Source: Eledone cirrhosa (lineage: Eukaryota). From it: 64,000 nt of DNA. Under the pieces are notes generated by a model. The model saw nothing but the letters and a program-made list of their open reading frames with translations. It ran no database searches and had not been told where the DNA came from. The position numbers and the translations under genes were made by a program. Location of the stretch: NCBI GenBank assembly GCA_964016885.1, contig OZ024763.1, positions 8,060,001 through 8,124,000 on the forward strand, given 5' to 3'. Every line of letters begins with the position of its first letter. Within the stretch, counting starts at the first letter, position 1. Positions 1 through 12,104 of this stretch are shown in pieces.

Positions 1-504
1 AGAGGTGGGAGAGAGTGGGTGGCAGTGGGAGAGAGACAGAGTCAGATAAAGAGAGAGAGAGGGGACAGATAGGGAGATGGGTGGGAGAGAGAAAGAGAGA
101 GAGACTTTATCTCACATAATATCAAATCTATGAGATGTTGATGATATTTATTTACAGAGAGAGATTTAAAAAGGTCGCAGTGTTGTCGCAGTGTTGCAGC
201 AGATGTAGAAACTTTACATATCAGTTGTTTTGATATTGATCAGCTCAGGATAGAATCAAGGTGATGGGACCCTGACTCTTTTTCGACACCATATGCAAAC
301 TTATATATGCAAAGGCACATCTAAACTTGTAACTGCTGTTACACAATATAGATATATAAGTTTAAGCAAAGAATCGCTGCGATTCTTTGCTTAAACTTTA
401 ATCTGTTATTTTAATAAATATTTGCTCTACGGTTCTTATATATTTGATATATATTTATCCTTATCGAGCCCTCTTTGGATTTTAGTCTTCAAATTTATTA
501 TTAT

Positions 505-547
<43 letters not shown>

Positions 548-550
<3 letters not shown>

Positions 551-981
551 TCTGTGTTACTCTTGAGCTGATTTTTGGGAGGCTCCTGTACAGCTCTGAG
601 TTCTTCATCCTCAGTGTATACTGATTAATGTTCAGAGCCATCCTCAGTATTCTTGTGTAGCACCCATCCACCATCTGAGTGAGTTTCTTGGTCAGTGTAC
701 AAGTCTCAGACCCGTACAGCAGCACAAACTCCACCGTAGCACAGAGGAGACTGAGGTTAGCTGGACATGCTCACCAACATCCTGAGTTGACACTTCACTG
801 AGTACTCCCATGGGAACCCCTACATGGACACACTGGAAGATGAAGACCGAAGTTAACATATGTTGATTCCCTAAGGTCAGACACTGGTCTGTTGGAGACG
901 CAGGACATGGCAGCGATAATGAGGGACAGAGACCGCTGGAGAGAACTCGTACACGGATCTCGGGAATTTTACCCACTCTAG
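548..981. mobile_element. 5'-truncated, 5'-inverted RTE/RTEX-like LINE remnant
   Basis: Minus 548-748 encodes ATVEFVLLYGSETCTLTKK...LPKISSRVTQR; plus 740-981 continues QRRLRLAGH...WEPLHG..GR*RPKLTYVDSLRSDTG...RDRWR with stops; flanked by (TA)n. Confidence 0.85.
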
Positions 982-1521
982 ATATATATACACAGATTAG
1001 CAATACGGTAGGATTTTTTTCTAGCATTTAAATGTTTCATTGCCATATAGGAGTTTGTCTTGAATCCCCAATTCTCAATAATCTATCAGGAAAATCAAAT
1101 TCAAATAAAGTGGAAGATTTTTTAACTCCATGCCTAAAGTTTATTGATTACAGACAGAACCTTCTAAGGGTCACCCTACGACCTCCTCAAGTAAACCTCT
1201 TGTTGGGTCAATAACGACTGCTGAAATAGTCCCCAATAAAAGTTACTCTAACTCTTGAACTAAAGTGAAAACGATATCTTGTATACCTATATATAAACAC
1301 ACACACACAATCGGTTTGCCTCTCCGCTAACAGATGTTGAAACTGACCCGAAAACCCATCAATCTCACCCACCAGACAAGGGATGTAGCTATAAAACACA
1401 CACAAGTCTCTGTACCCTTTTCTTACCCACCTAACTTATTATTTATGACAGTTTTAGTTTTATCATCTTTTGTATTTTGTCATAAATAACTTTATCACAC
1501 CTTTATTTATTTATTTGAGAT

Positions 1522-1860
1522 GGAGGCACATAGCTTAGTGGTTAGAGCATTGGCCTTGCAATCGAAAGGTTGTGAGTTCAATTCTCAGACCGGGTGATGT
1601 GTTGTTTCCTTGAGCAAGACACTTTATTTCACATTGCTCCAGTTTACTCAGCTGTAGAAATGAGATGATAGGGACTGGGGTCCCTATCATTCCACTGCAA
1701 AGTGGTCGTGGAGGTGCCACGGCAAAAAAGCACCCAGCACTCACTGTAAATGAGGTTGGTGTTAGGAAGGGCATCCAGCTGTAGAAATCAAGCCAGAATC
1801 AGGTCCCGTCCCACCCTTGCAAGCAGGGAAAAGCGGACGTAAAATGATGATGAAGATGAT
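1522..1860 (+). mobile_element. tRNA-derived CORE-like SINE with RTE tail (family A), copy 1
   Basis: A box TAGCTTAGTGG, B box GAGTTCAATTC, CORE-like ccttgagcaagacactt...ctcagctgtagaaatg, (GAT)n end, approximate TSD ttattt(g)agat; near-identical to 16949 and 29611 copies. Confidence 0.9.
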
Positions 1861-1894
1861 TTATTTAGATATAGTAGCAGGTTAGAGGAGTTAC

Positions 1895-2006
1895 CTTTCC
1901 TTGTTTCTTTGAACTCTGACCTGAAGCTCTCATCTTGCAGTGTTGGAGGGCATCGTTGACTACATCGGACACAAACTTTTGGGCTGCCACAGAAATTAGA
2001 CGAACA
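1895..2006 (-). CDS. TAF10: TAF10 coding exon (112 nt), histone-fold region
   Basis: T+VRLISVAAQKFVSDVVNDALQHCKMRASGQSSKKQGK matches TAF10 IRLISLAAQKFISDIANDALQHCKMK; acceptor catttcag, donor AAG|gtaac. Confidence 0.97.
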
Positions 2007-2046
2007 CTGAAATGATGAGAAAAATACTCTGAAATGATTCTTAAAG

Positions 2047-2077
<31 letters not shown>

Positions 2078-2152
2078 ATATATGACTATGTCATAGTGCT
2101 CTGAGTGTCCTCGTGATACTCAGAGCTGGAATATATACTGTATACGCATATG

Positions 2153-2204
<52 letters not shown>

Positions 2205-2205
<1 letters not shown>

Positions 2206-2390
2206 TGGGTTCAATCGAGGGTAACCACAGTAAGTAAGGTACTCAATATATTACTAGAGTCTATATAACAAAATTTGATATAGAAATAGCTTCTATAAGA
2301 CTAAAACTGTTTCATTCAAAGGAAATCATCAGGGCTTTCCTGATGATTTGAAACATTTCTAGTCCTGTAGAAGCTATTTCTATATTAAAT
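2205..2390. mobile_element. Palindromic dispersed element (Penelope pLTR-like?), second copy 63238-63402
   Basis: Both copies share gggttcaatc..gtaccacagtaaggtactcaata and head-to-head aaatcatcagg..cctgatgattt. Confidence 0.5.
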
Positions 2391-2441
2391 TATGTTTTAT
2401 ATACACACACACACACATACACACACACACACACACACATA

Positions 2442-2521
<80 letters not shown>

Positions 2522-2529
2522 CACACATA

Positions 2530-2571
<42 letters not shown>

Positions 2572-3477
2572 CACAAAAAAAGCTGCCAGTTCCATAGTGA
2601 TTATTGCAAAAACATATATTCCCCATTACCACAGTTTGTACGTGCATCTTATGTCAAATCACCAGTTTGGAATATTGTAATACAAAATCATATTCATGTA
2701 ACTACACACACACACACACACACACATTATATATATAAGCACACAGACACATATATATAAGTGCACATACAGATATACATACATATGTACACACACACAA
2801 TCATATACATGTGCACATACAGACATATATACAGATATATATATATATACAGACAGACAGACAGAGTGTGATAATGACAAAGTTTATAATTTACACCATT
2901 CTTTCAACTTATTGATTATTGGCAGAGTAAATCAGAAAAGACAAAGAGAGAGAGGGGAGAGGAAGAGAGGTTGAGGGAGGGAGAGAGCTCTGGGAGAGCT
3001 TTGGGAGGGAGAGGAAGAGAGGTTGGGTGAGAGAGAGACAGAGAGGTCGGGGGACAGAGAGAGAGAGAGAGGGGGGGGGGAGACAGAGAGGTCGAGGAAG
3101 AGAGGGGGGCAGAGAGGTCGGGGAAGAGAGGGAGAGAGAGAGAGAGAAAGAGTAAGGGAGGAAGCCATGTGTAATATTGATAGAGATATAATGCTAGGTT
3201 AATAAACAATTTAATAAGAGAGACTTATTAAAATAGCCTCCATCTGTTCCTGCACAGATGGTACAGCAAAATCAATTGTTAGGAGAGGAACCTCTGTGAA
3301 TTCCATCAATATGCTAGAAATAGCAGCCAATCTCCTTCAAAATACACCTTTTCCTGCCTATATTTAATGAAATACACCCTTTCATGCCTATATTTCATGA
3401 AATACACCCTTTCCTGCCTATATTTCATATGAAATAACTCTTTTTCAAGCAATTAATCAGAATACATAATACAGCCA

Positions 3478-3951
3478 CACTCAGCCAGGTAACTCTATGG
3501 TACTCAGCCAGGTAACTATATGGTACTCAGCCAGGTAACTATATGGTACTCAGCCAGGTAACTATATGGTACTCAGCCAGGTAACTATATGGTACTCAGC
3601 CAGATAACTATATGGTACTCAGCCAGGTAACTATATGGTACTCAGCCAGGTAACTATATGGTACTCAGCCAGGTAAATATATGGTACTCAGCCAGGTAAA
3701 TATATGGTACTCAGCCAGGTAACTATATGGTACTCAGCCAGGTAACTATATGGTACTCAGCCAGGTAGCTATATGGTACTCAGCCAGGTAAATATATGGT
3801 ACTCAGCCAGGTAAATATATGGTACTCAGGTAACTATGGTACTCAGCCAGGTAAATATATGGTACTCAGTCTACACAATACTCACAGCCACATGATACTC
3901 AGTCAGGTAACTCTATATGATACTCAGCCAGGTAAATTACAAGATACTCAC
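3478..3951. repeat. 23-bp minisatellite (~20 copies) starting at the donor of the 65-nt TAF10 exon
   Basis: Unit actcagccaggtaactatatggt. Confidence 0.95.
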
Positions 3952-4016
3952 ATTCGAGGATCACAGGCATCAAATCCAGCGCGGTTCAGGTAATATGCTG
4001 TGACAGAATCAGGAAT
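3952..4016 (-). CDS. TAF10: TAF10 coding exon (65 nt)
   Basis: IPDSVTAYYLNRAGFDACDPR+AT matches TAF10 IPDAVTGYYLNRAGFEASDPR; acceptor cctcag, donor gtgagt; phases 0/2 fit the neighbouring exons. Confidence 0.97.
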
Positions 4017-4523
4017 CTGAGGAGGGGGAAAATAAAATAGAAGATACATTCAGCCAATATTATCATCATCATCCTCAACACCATCATCATATCATCACCA
4101 CCACCACCATCGCAACCCCCCCCCCCCATCACCACCATCATCACCATCTCCCCATCACCACCACCATCATCACCCCCCCCCCTCCCCATCACCACCAACA
4201 ACATCACCACCATCATCATCATCACCACCATCACCACCACCTGCTAGGCAGTGCCTATATAAAACTAAAACTAGAAATATTCTGTGTGTTGTAAGGGATG
4301 GCTAAAAAGGGGTTACCATAGCATCAGGAAGGGCACCTGATCTTAAAATACTGACTCATAAAGTCCTATCCAACCCATACTAGCCTGGAGGAGAAGACAT
4401 GATGATGATGCTATATAGAAGTGTAAATATAAAATAATGTAAATATATATATTTTTGTTGTCAAAATATTTTCACTGAAGACCTTTTGTTGACATACATA
4501 TTTATATATAGAGAGACAAACAC

Positions 4524-4565
<42 letters not shown>

Positions 4566-4804
4566 TGTGTGTGTATATATATGTCTGTGTGTGTATGTAT
4601 ATATATAGAGATATAGAGACAGTGCTCTTTTAACTATCATTGATAGAAAACACATGCATTTTTAGTCTCTCTCTCTCTCTCTCTATCTATATATATATAT
4701 ATCATCATCATGATATATATATATATATATATACATACATGTCCATGTGTCTATATGTAGATATATTTATGTATATAATAGATTTTAATTTCATATCTAC
4801 ATAC

Positions 4805-4855
<51 letters not shown>

Positions 4856-5073
4856 CATATATATATATATACACAGAGACATATATATATATATATACAC
4901 AGAGACATATATATATATATATACACACAGAGACATATATATATATATATACAGAGAGACATATATATATATATCTATAGACATCAGTTCCCGTCCTACC
5001 CTTGCAAGCAGGGAAAAAGCGGACGTAAAATGAAATGAAAAAAATGAAATATATATATATCTATATACACAGA

Positions 5074-5129
<56 letters not shown>

Positions 5130-5679
5130 CATATATATATACACAGAGACATATATATATAGGCCATGTACCTAAACTAGAAGCCATTATTAAGCTGAAA
5201 ATTAGTTATTTTGCGAAACTACATAATTCTAGATTATTCTGCTAATTACAGGACAAAGGCAGAATATTCCGGTCAGGTCCTAAAAATATCTAAACTAACA
5301 ATACTGAAGGTTTTCAAATGAACCCACAAAATTGTTTCAGTAAAATCTCAGTTGAAACACGATCTTGTTCCAGTTAATAATGTCTCACGAATTAGAAAAC
5401 TCATGGTTTTAGTAACGAATATCTCTCATCTGTTTCTAATTAAAACATTTGCTGAACAAAGGGTCAAGACACGACAACTTACTTAGTGCAAGTGTCGCTA
5501 TAAAATGCACCCAGTGCACTCTGTACAGTGGTTGGTGATAGGAAGGACGGCCAAACAAAAAGTCAACAAAGACATTTGTACATTATTCTATGTACTATAC
5601 ATGCACCTTTGATGAGTTGTAGTGCACCTGAACACTGTACACAATAATTTCATTACTATTATGACAACAATTTATTCAG

Positions 5680-6675
5680 TGCAGGTGCCACAACGGCTGC
5701 AGGCTAGAAGAGGCCCTGTGGCAGGCCCTCCCTCACCAGATGGCTGGATATCATCAGGGAAGATCTCCAGAGGTTCAACATCATCTGGAAGGATGCAGAG
5801 GAGCTGGCACAGGACCACCAGCGATGTAGGGCACTGGTGGACCTAGTCGGCTCTACGCAGGACAATGCTGTAGGACAGGCATGTCAAACATGTGGCCCTT
5901 TACAAGCGCACCTGCGACCCCCACAAATGTTTTTACAGCGCGAGCATGTTTTATCTTCATAATATAAAATATAAAAAATTGTTGCAATGTACGCAATTAG
6001 TTGTCATGTGTGGCCCTCAGACAACACATATGTGACCCATGTGGCCTTCAGACAACACATATGTGACCCATGTAGCCTTCAGACAACACATGTGACCCAT
6101 GTGGCCCTCAGACAACACATATGTGACCCATGTGGCCTTCAGACAACACATGTGACCCATGTGGCCCTCAGACAACACATATGTGACCCATGTAGCCTTC
6201 AGACAACACATGTGACCCATGTGGCCCTCAGACAACACATATGTGACCCATGTAGCCTTCAGACAACACATGTGACCCATGTGGCCCTCAGACAACACAT
6301 ATGTGACCCATGTGGCCTTCAGACAACACACATGTGGCCCATGTGGCCTTCAGACAACACACATGTGGCCCATGTGGCCCTCAGACAACACATGTGTGAC
6401 CCATGTGGCCCTCAGACAACACATGTATGACCCATGTGGCCCTCAGACAACACATGTGACCCATGTAGCCTTCAGACAACACACATGTGGCCCTCAAACA
6501 CATATGTGACCCATGTGGCCCTCAGACAACACATATGTGATCCATGTGGCCCTCAGACAACACATATGTGACCCATGTGGCCTTCAGACAACACATGTGA
6601 CCCACGTGGCCCTCGGGGGAACCTCAGTTTGACATGCCTGCTTTAGGATCCCTGGCCTCGCCGAGCAAGAAGAAT
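5680..6675 (+). mobile_element. RTE-like LINE 3' remnant split by the hAT MITE
   Basis: Degenerate GRP..RWLDIIREDLQRFNIIWKDAEELAQDHQR-type coding remnant at 5680-5875, resuming at 6641. Confidence 0.65.
5876..6640. mobile_element. hAT (Charlie-like) MITE with an internal 29/31-bp tandem array
   Basis: 14-bp TIRs caggcatgtcaaac / gtttgacatgcctg; 8-bp TSD ctgtagga / ctttagga; ~20 units of tgtggccctcagacaacaca(ta)tgtgaccca at 6007-6612. Confidence 0.88.
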
Positions 6676-6833
6676 GGTGCCATTATAAAATGCACCCGGT
6701 ACATTCTGTAGGGAGTGAGAACTTAGGTAATTGAGATCTAGCCTCTGGCCCATCTCAGATGTCAGAAGCTGTGATTAAAGGGACATGGTCTGTGAAAACT
6801 CGTCCAACCCTTGCTAACAGGGAGACACTGACT

Positions 6834-7053
6834 TTAACCCTTTAGCATTTAAACCAACCATATCCGACCAGAATTCTCTCGCCTCTTTCTGCTTAAACCA
6901 GCTGTAACTGGCCGCTCATACTTATGTTAAGGTATTATTCTCAAAATAAATATCAAAATCTCGTGGATACGATATTATGTGAGCTAAAGTGTTTACCATG
7001 AAATTACAAAAGTAAATATAGAGTAATGTAAAATGTAAATGTTAAAGGGTTAA
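6834..7053. mobile_element. piggyBac-type MITE (family PB1), unexpanded copy
   Basis: TTAA-CCCTTTAGCATTTA ... TAAATGTTAAAGGG-TTAA; many related copies in the window. Confidence 0.85.
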
Positions 7054-7079
7054 ATGATGACAATGTTGATATATATGAC

Positions 7080-7605
<526 letters not shown>

Positions 7606-7627
7606 GTAAATGAAAGAATCTACTCAC

Positions 7628-7777
7628 TGTTGTTGTGTAGTCTTCTAACTGGAGAATAAAATCACTGAGAGGAACTCCTGCAGTCTTCACTTCATGGCTG
7701 TGAGAACCAGTCATTACCTGGCTAGCTGCAGCACCACCACCTCCACCACCAGGGGTCATAGCTCCACTATCTTCCAT
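7628..7777 (-). CDS. TAF10: TAF10 (TFIID/SAGA subunit 10), first coding exon, 50 aa
   Basis: MEDSGAMTPGGGGGGAAASQ...GVPLSDFILQLEDYTTT resembles TAF10 PLxDFxxQLEDYTPT; acceptor ttattttcag|CAATG at 7780-7781; donor ACA|gtgagt at 7626-7627, phase 0. An upstream coding exon cannot be excluded. Confidence 0.93.
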
Positions 7778-7859
7778 TGCTGAAAATAACAAGAAAGACA
7801 TCATAAACAACAAGAAGATTATTCTGAAGAGTTTTCCTCCTCTTTATTGTCTCACCTTC

Positions 7860-10556
7860 ATCAGTTTACAGCTGGGGACTCATGAGTTTACAGCTGGAGT
7901 CTCATGAGTTTACAGCTGGAGTCTCATGAGTTTACAGCTGGGGTCTCATTAGTTTACAGTTGGGGTCTCATTAGTTTACAGCTGGGGACTCATGAGTTTA
8001 CAGTTGGGGTCTCATGAGTTTACAGCTGGAGTCTCACGAGTTTACAGCTGGAGTCTCACGAGTTTACAGCTGGAGTCTCATGAGTTTACAGCTGGGGTCT
8101 CATTAGTTTACAGCTGGGGTCTCATTAGTTTACAGCTGGGGTCTCATGAGTTTACAGCTGGGGTCTCATGAGTTTACAGCTGGGGTCTCATTAGTTTACA
8201 GCTGGAGTCTCATGAGTTTACAGCTGGGGTCTCATGAGTTTACAGCTGGAGTCTCACGAGTTTACAGCTGGAGTCTCATTAGTTTACAGCTGGAGTCTCA
8301 TGAGTTTACAGCTGGAGTCTCACGAGTTTACAGCTGGAGTCTCATTAGTTTACAGCTGGAGTCTCATGAGTTTACAGCTGGGGTCTCATTAGTTTACAGC
8401 TGGGGTCTCATGAGTTTACAGCTGGGGTCTCATTAGTTTACAGCTGGGGTCTCATGAGTTTACAGTTGGGGTCTCATGAGTTTACAGCTGGAGTCTCACG
8501 AGTTTACAGCTGGAGTCTCATGAGTTTACAGCTGGGGTCTCATTAGTTTACAGCTGGGGTCTCATGAGTTTACAGCTGGGGTCTCATTAGTTTACAGCTG
8601 GGGTCTCATTAGTTTACAGCTGGGGTCTCATGAGTTTACAGCTGGGGTCTCATTAGTTTACAGCTGGGGACTCATGAGTTTACAGTTGGGGTCTCATGAG
8701 TTTACAGCTGGAGTCTCACGAGTTTACAGCTGGAGTCTCACGAGTTTACAGCTGGAGTCTCATGAGTTTACAGCTGGGGTCTCATTAGTTTACAGCTGGG
8801 GTCTCATTAGTTTACAGCTGGGGTCTCATGAGTTTACAGCTGGGGTCTCATGAGTTTACAGCTGGAGTCTCATGAGTTTACAGCTGGGGTCTCATTAGTT
8901 TACAGCTGGAGTCTCATGAGTTTACAGCTGGAGTCTCACGAGTTTACAGCTGGAGTCTCATTAGTTTACAGCTGGAGTCTCATGAGTTTACAGCTGGGGT
9001 CTCATTAGTTTACAGTTGGGGTCTCATGAGTTTACAGCTGGGGTCTCATTAGTTTACAGCTGGAGTCTCATGAGTTTACAGCTGGGGTCTCATGAGTTTA
9101 CAGCTGGAGTCTCACGAGTTTACAGCTGGAGTCTCATTAGTTTACAGCTGGAGTCTCATGAGTTTACAGCTGGGGTCTCATTAGTTTACAGCTGGGGTCT
9201 CATGAGTTTACAGCTGGGGTCTCATTAGTTTACAGCTGGAGTCTCATGAGTTTACAGCTGGGGTCTCATGAGTTTACAGCTGGAGTCTCATTAGTTTACA
9301 GCTGGAGTCTCATTAGTTTACAGCTGGAGTCTCATGAGTTTACAGCTGGGGTCTCATTAGTTTACAGCTGGGGTCTCATTAGTTTACAGCTGGAGTCTCA
9401 TGAGTTTACAGCTGGAGTCTCATTAGTTTACAGCTGGAGTCTCATGAGTTTACAGCTGGGGTCTCATTAGTTTACAGCTGGAGTCTCATGAGTTTACAGC
9501 TGGAGTCTCATTAGTTTACAGCTGGAGTCTCACGAGTTTACAGCTGGAGTCTCATTAGTTTACAGCTGGAGTCTCATGAGTTTACAGCTGGGGTCTCATT
9601 AGTTTACAGCTGGAGTCTCATGAGTTTACAGCTGGAGTCTCATTAGTTTACAGCTGGAGTCTCATTAGTTTACAGCTGGAGTCTCATGAGTTTACAGCTG
9701 GGGTCTCATTAGTTTACAGCTGGAGTCTCATGAGTTTACAGCTGGAGTCTCATTAGTTTACAGCTGGAGTCTCACGAGTTTACAGCTGGAGTCTCATTAG
9801 TTTACAGCTGGAGTCTCATGAGTTTACAGCTGGGGTCTCATTAGTTTACAGCTGGAGTCTCATGAGTTTACAGCTGGAGTCTCATTAGTTTACAGCTGGA
9901 GTCTCATGAGTTTACAGCTGGGGTCTCATTAGTTTACAGCTGGAGTCTCATGAGTTTACAGCTGGAGTCTCATGAGTTTACAGCTGGGGTCTCATTAGTT
10001 TACAGCTGGAGTCTCATGAGTTTACAGCTGGAGTCTCATTAGTTTACAGCTGGAGTCTCATGAGTTTACAGCTGGGGTCTCATTAGTTTACAGCTGGAGT
10101 CTCATGAGTTTACAGCTGGAGTCTCATGAGTTTACAGCTGGGGTCTCATTAGTTTACAGCTGGAGTCTCATGAGTTTACAGCTGGAGTCTCATGAGTTTA
10201 CAGCTGGAGTCTCATTAGTTTACAGCTGGAGTCTCATGAGTTTACAGCTGGGGTCTCATTAGTTTACAGCTGGAGTCTCATGAGTTTACAGCTGGAGTCT
10301 CATGAGTTTACAGCTGGGGTCTCATTAGTTTACAGCTGGAGTCTCATGAGTTTACAGCTGGAGTCTCATTAGTTTACAGCTGGAGTCTCATGAGTTTACA
10401 GCTGGGGTCTCATTAGTTTACAGCTGGAGTCTCATGAGTTTACAGCTGGAGTCTCATGAGTTTACAGCTGGGGTCTCATTAGTTTACAGCTGGAGTCTCA
10501 TGAGTTTACAGCTGGAGTCTCATGAGTTTACAGCTGGGGTCTCATTCATTTACAGT
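7860..10556. repeat. 22-bp minisatellite (~120 copies) just upstream of the TAF10 start exon
   Basis: Unit (g/t)agtttacagctgg(a/g)gtctca(t/c). Confidence 0.97.
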
Positions 10557-10659
10557 TGAACTTCTTAAATTTAATCATAAATTCTCTTCTTCGGGCCAAG
10601 TAGGGTAAACTCTCCAAATATTGGTCGGTCTCCAAGAGATTTGCAGTCAAGACTTCTGA

Positions 10660-10990
10660 TATCTTTGACCCTAGGACCACCTCCCTACTCACCAGAGTTG
10701 GCTACCCATAGCAGTGGAGACTTCTGGCGACCTCGGCCCAAGGACAACTTCCCTACACACCACCATCAGCATTTGGCATCCTTGGACATAGGACCACCAT
10801 TGGCACAGAGTTGGCTACCCGTAACAGTGGAAACCTCTGGTGTCCTTAACCCTAGGGCTACCTCCCTACTCACCACCATCGGCATGGAGTTGACTACCCA
10901 CAGGGGTGAGCCTCGTGAGCTGGAATGGCTGCTCTTCCAACACATCTCCCTCACCATCTTCCGAGGAAACGCCCTCTCTATTCTGTTTGC
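10660..10990 (+). mobile_element. Remnant of the restriction-like endonuclease end of a CRE-type non-LTR retrotransposon
   Basis: WLPVTVETSGVLNPRATSLLTTIG.....GEPRELEWLLFQHISLTIFRGNALSIL fits the P..VET.G ... QR.S....RGNA motif; preceded by a diverged ~115-bp duplicate. Confidence 0.7.
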
Positions 10991-11622
10991 AGGGGTCAGA
11001 CCAGATTTACAGCTAGGGTCTCATTTACAGTCCCTCAATGAAATAATAAATTCTATTCTGATAGTTTCTTCCCTCACACATCTCACCTATGGAACTCTCT
11101 TCCGGCTTCTTCTTTTGCTTCCACTACAATTTGCTAAAATATAAAAGCAACATCCATCATCATCTCTCCGTCTTCACAGTAACCCCTTGTATTTAAGTGG
11201 CTTTATTGCTTTGCTTAAGGTGAAAAAACATTGAGAAATAGGAGAGAAGGACTCCAATCATTGGTCTCACTTTTTGTATCTACTCTGGACGAAAATGTGT
11301 TAAATTCTCGCACCATTGTGATTGCCTCAAACAATTCGATTGGGATCTGCCATATTGTGGCGACAACTTCGATACCATATATATATATTGTCCCACCCTT
11401 GCAAGCAGGGAAAAGCGGATGTAAAACGATGATGATATATACACATATAGATATATACATACATATATATATATATACATATGTTTATATATACATACAT
11501 CATCATCATCATCGTTTAACGTCCATCTTCCACGCTTGCATGGGTTTGGAAGATATATATACATATAGATATATACATACATATATATATATACATATGT
11601 TTATATATACATACATATACAT

Positions 11623-11668
<46 letters not shown>

Positions 11669-12104
11669 CTATATATATATATATATATAACTATATATAT
11701 ATATAGTTCAAGGAGAGACAATACAGAGGTACAAAGGTCTTATTAGTTTCACGCTTTATATGGAAAAGGAGAAAGAAAGTTGGACATATCAGGCTTTGGC
11801 CTTTCTTCAGGAGAATAAAAAAATTGAGACAGGACCACAAAGGGTATATATGTATATATGTATATATGTATATATGTATATATGTATATATGTATATATG
11901 TATGTATGTATATATGTATGTATAATGTTTTGGTTGCCAACACTGTGCAACACATTTTAGATCATTGGCTGGGCTAAAAAGCCACATTCGATTGCAGCAC
12001 CATTAATTGTTAATATATATGTGTATATATATATTTTTTTTTTCATGCAATGGCCATACGAGGGGGCAGCCATATATATATTTATTATTATTACTATATA
12101 TATA

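Noticed and set aside
1522-1595. tRNA gene (also at 16949, 29611, 58170-58237, 61812)
   Set aside because: No proper acceptor stem or terminator; these are SINE heads followed by SINE bodies
1535-1774. 79-aa ORF repeated three times (also 16962-17201, 29624-29863)
   Set aside because: Antisense frame of the young SINE A copies, not a gene family
1-1890. Final TAF10 exon (expected D(K/R)xxxLTMEDL...EYG.NVKKP.YF)
   Set aside because: No matching minus-strand peptide seen; probably outside the window
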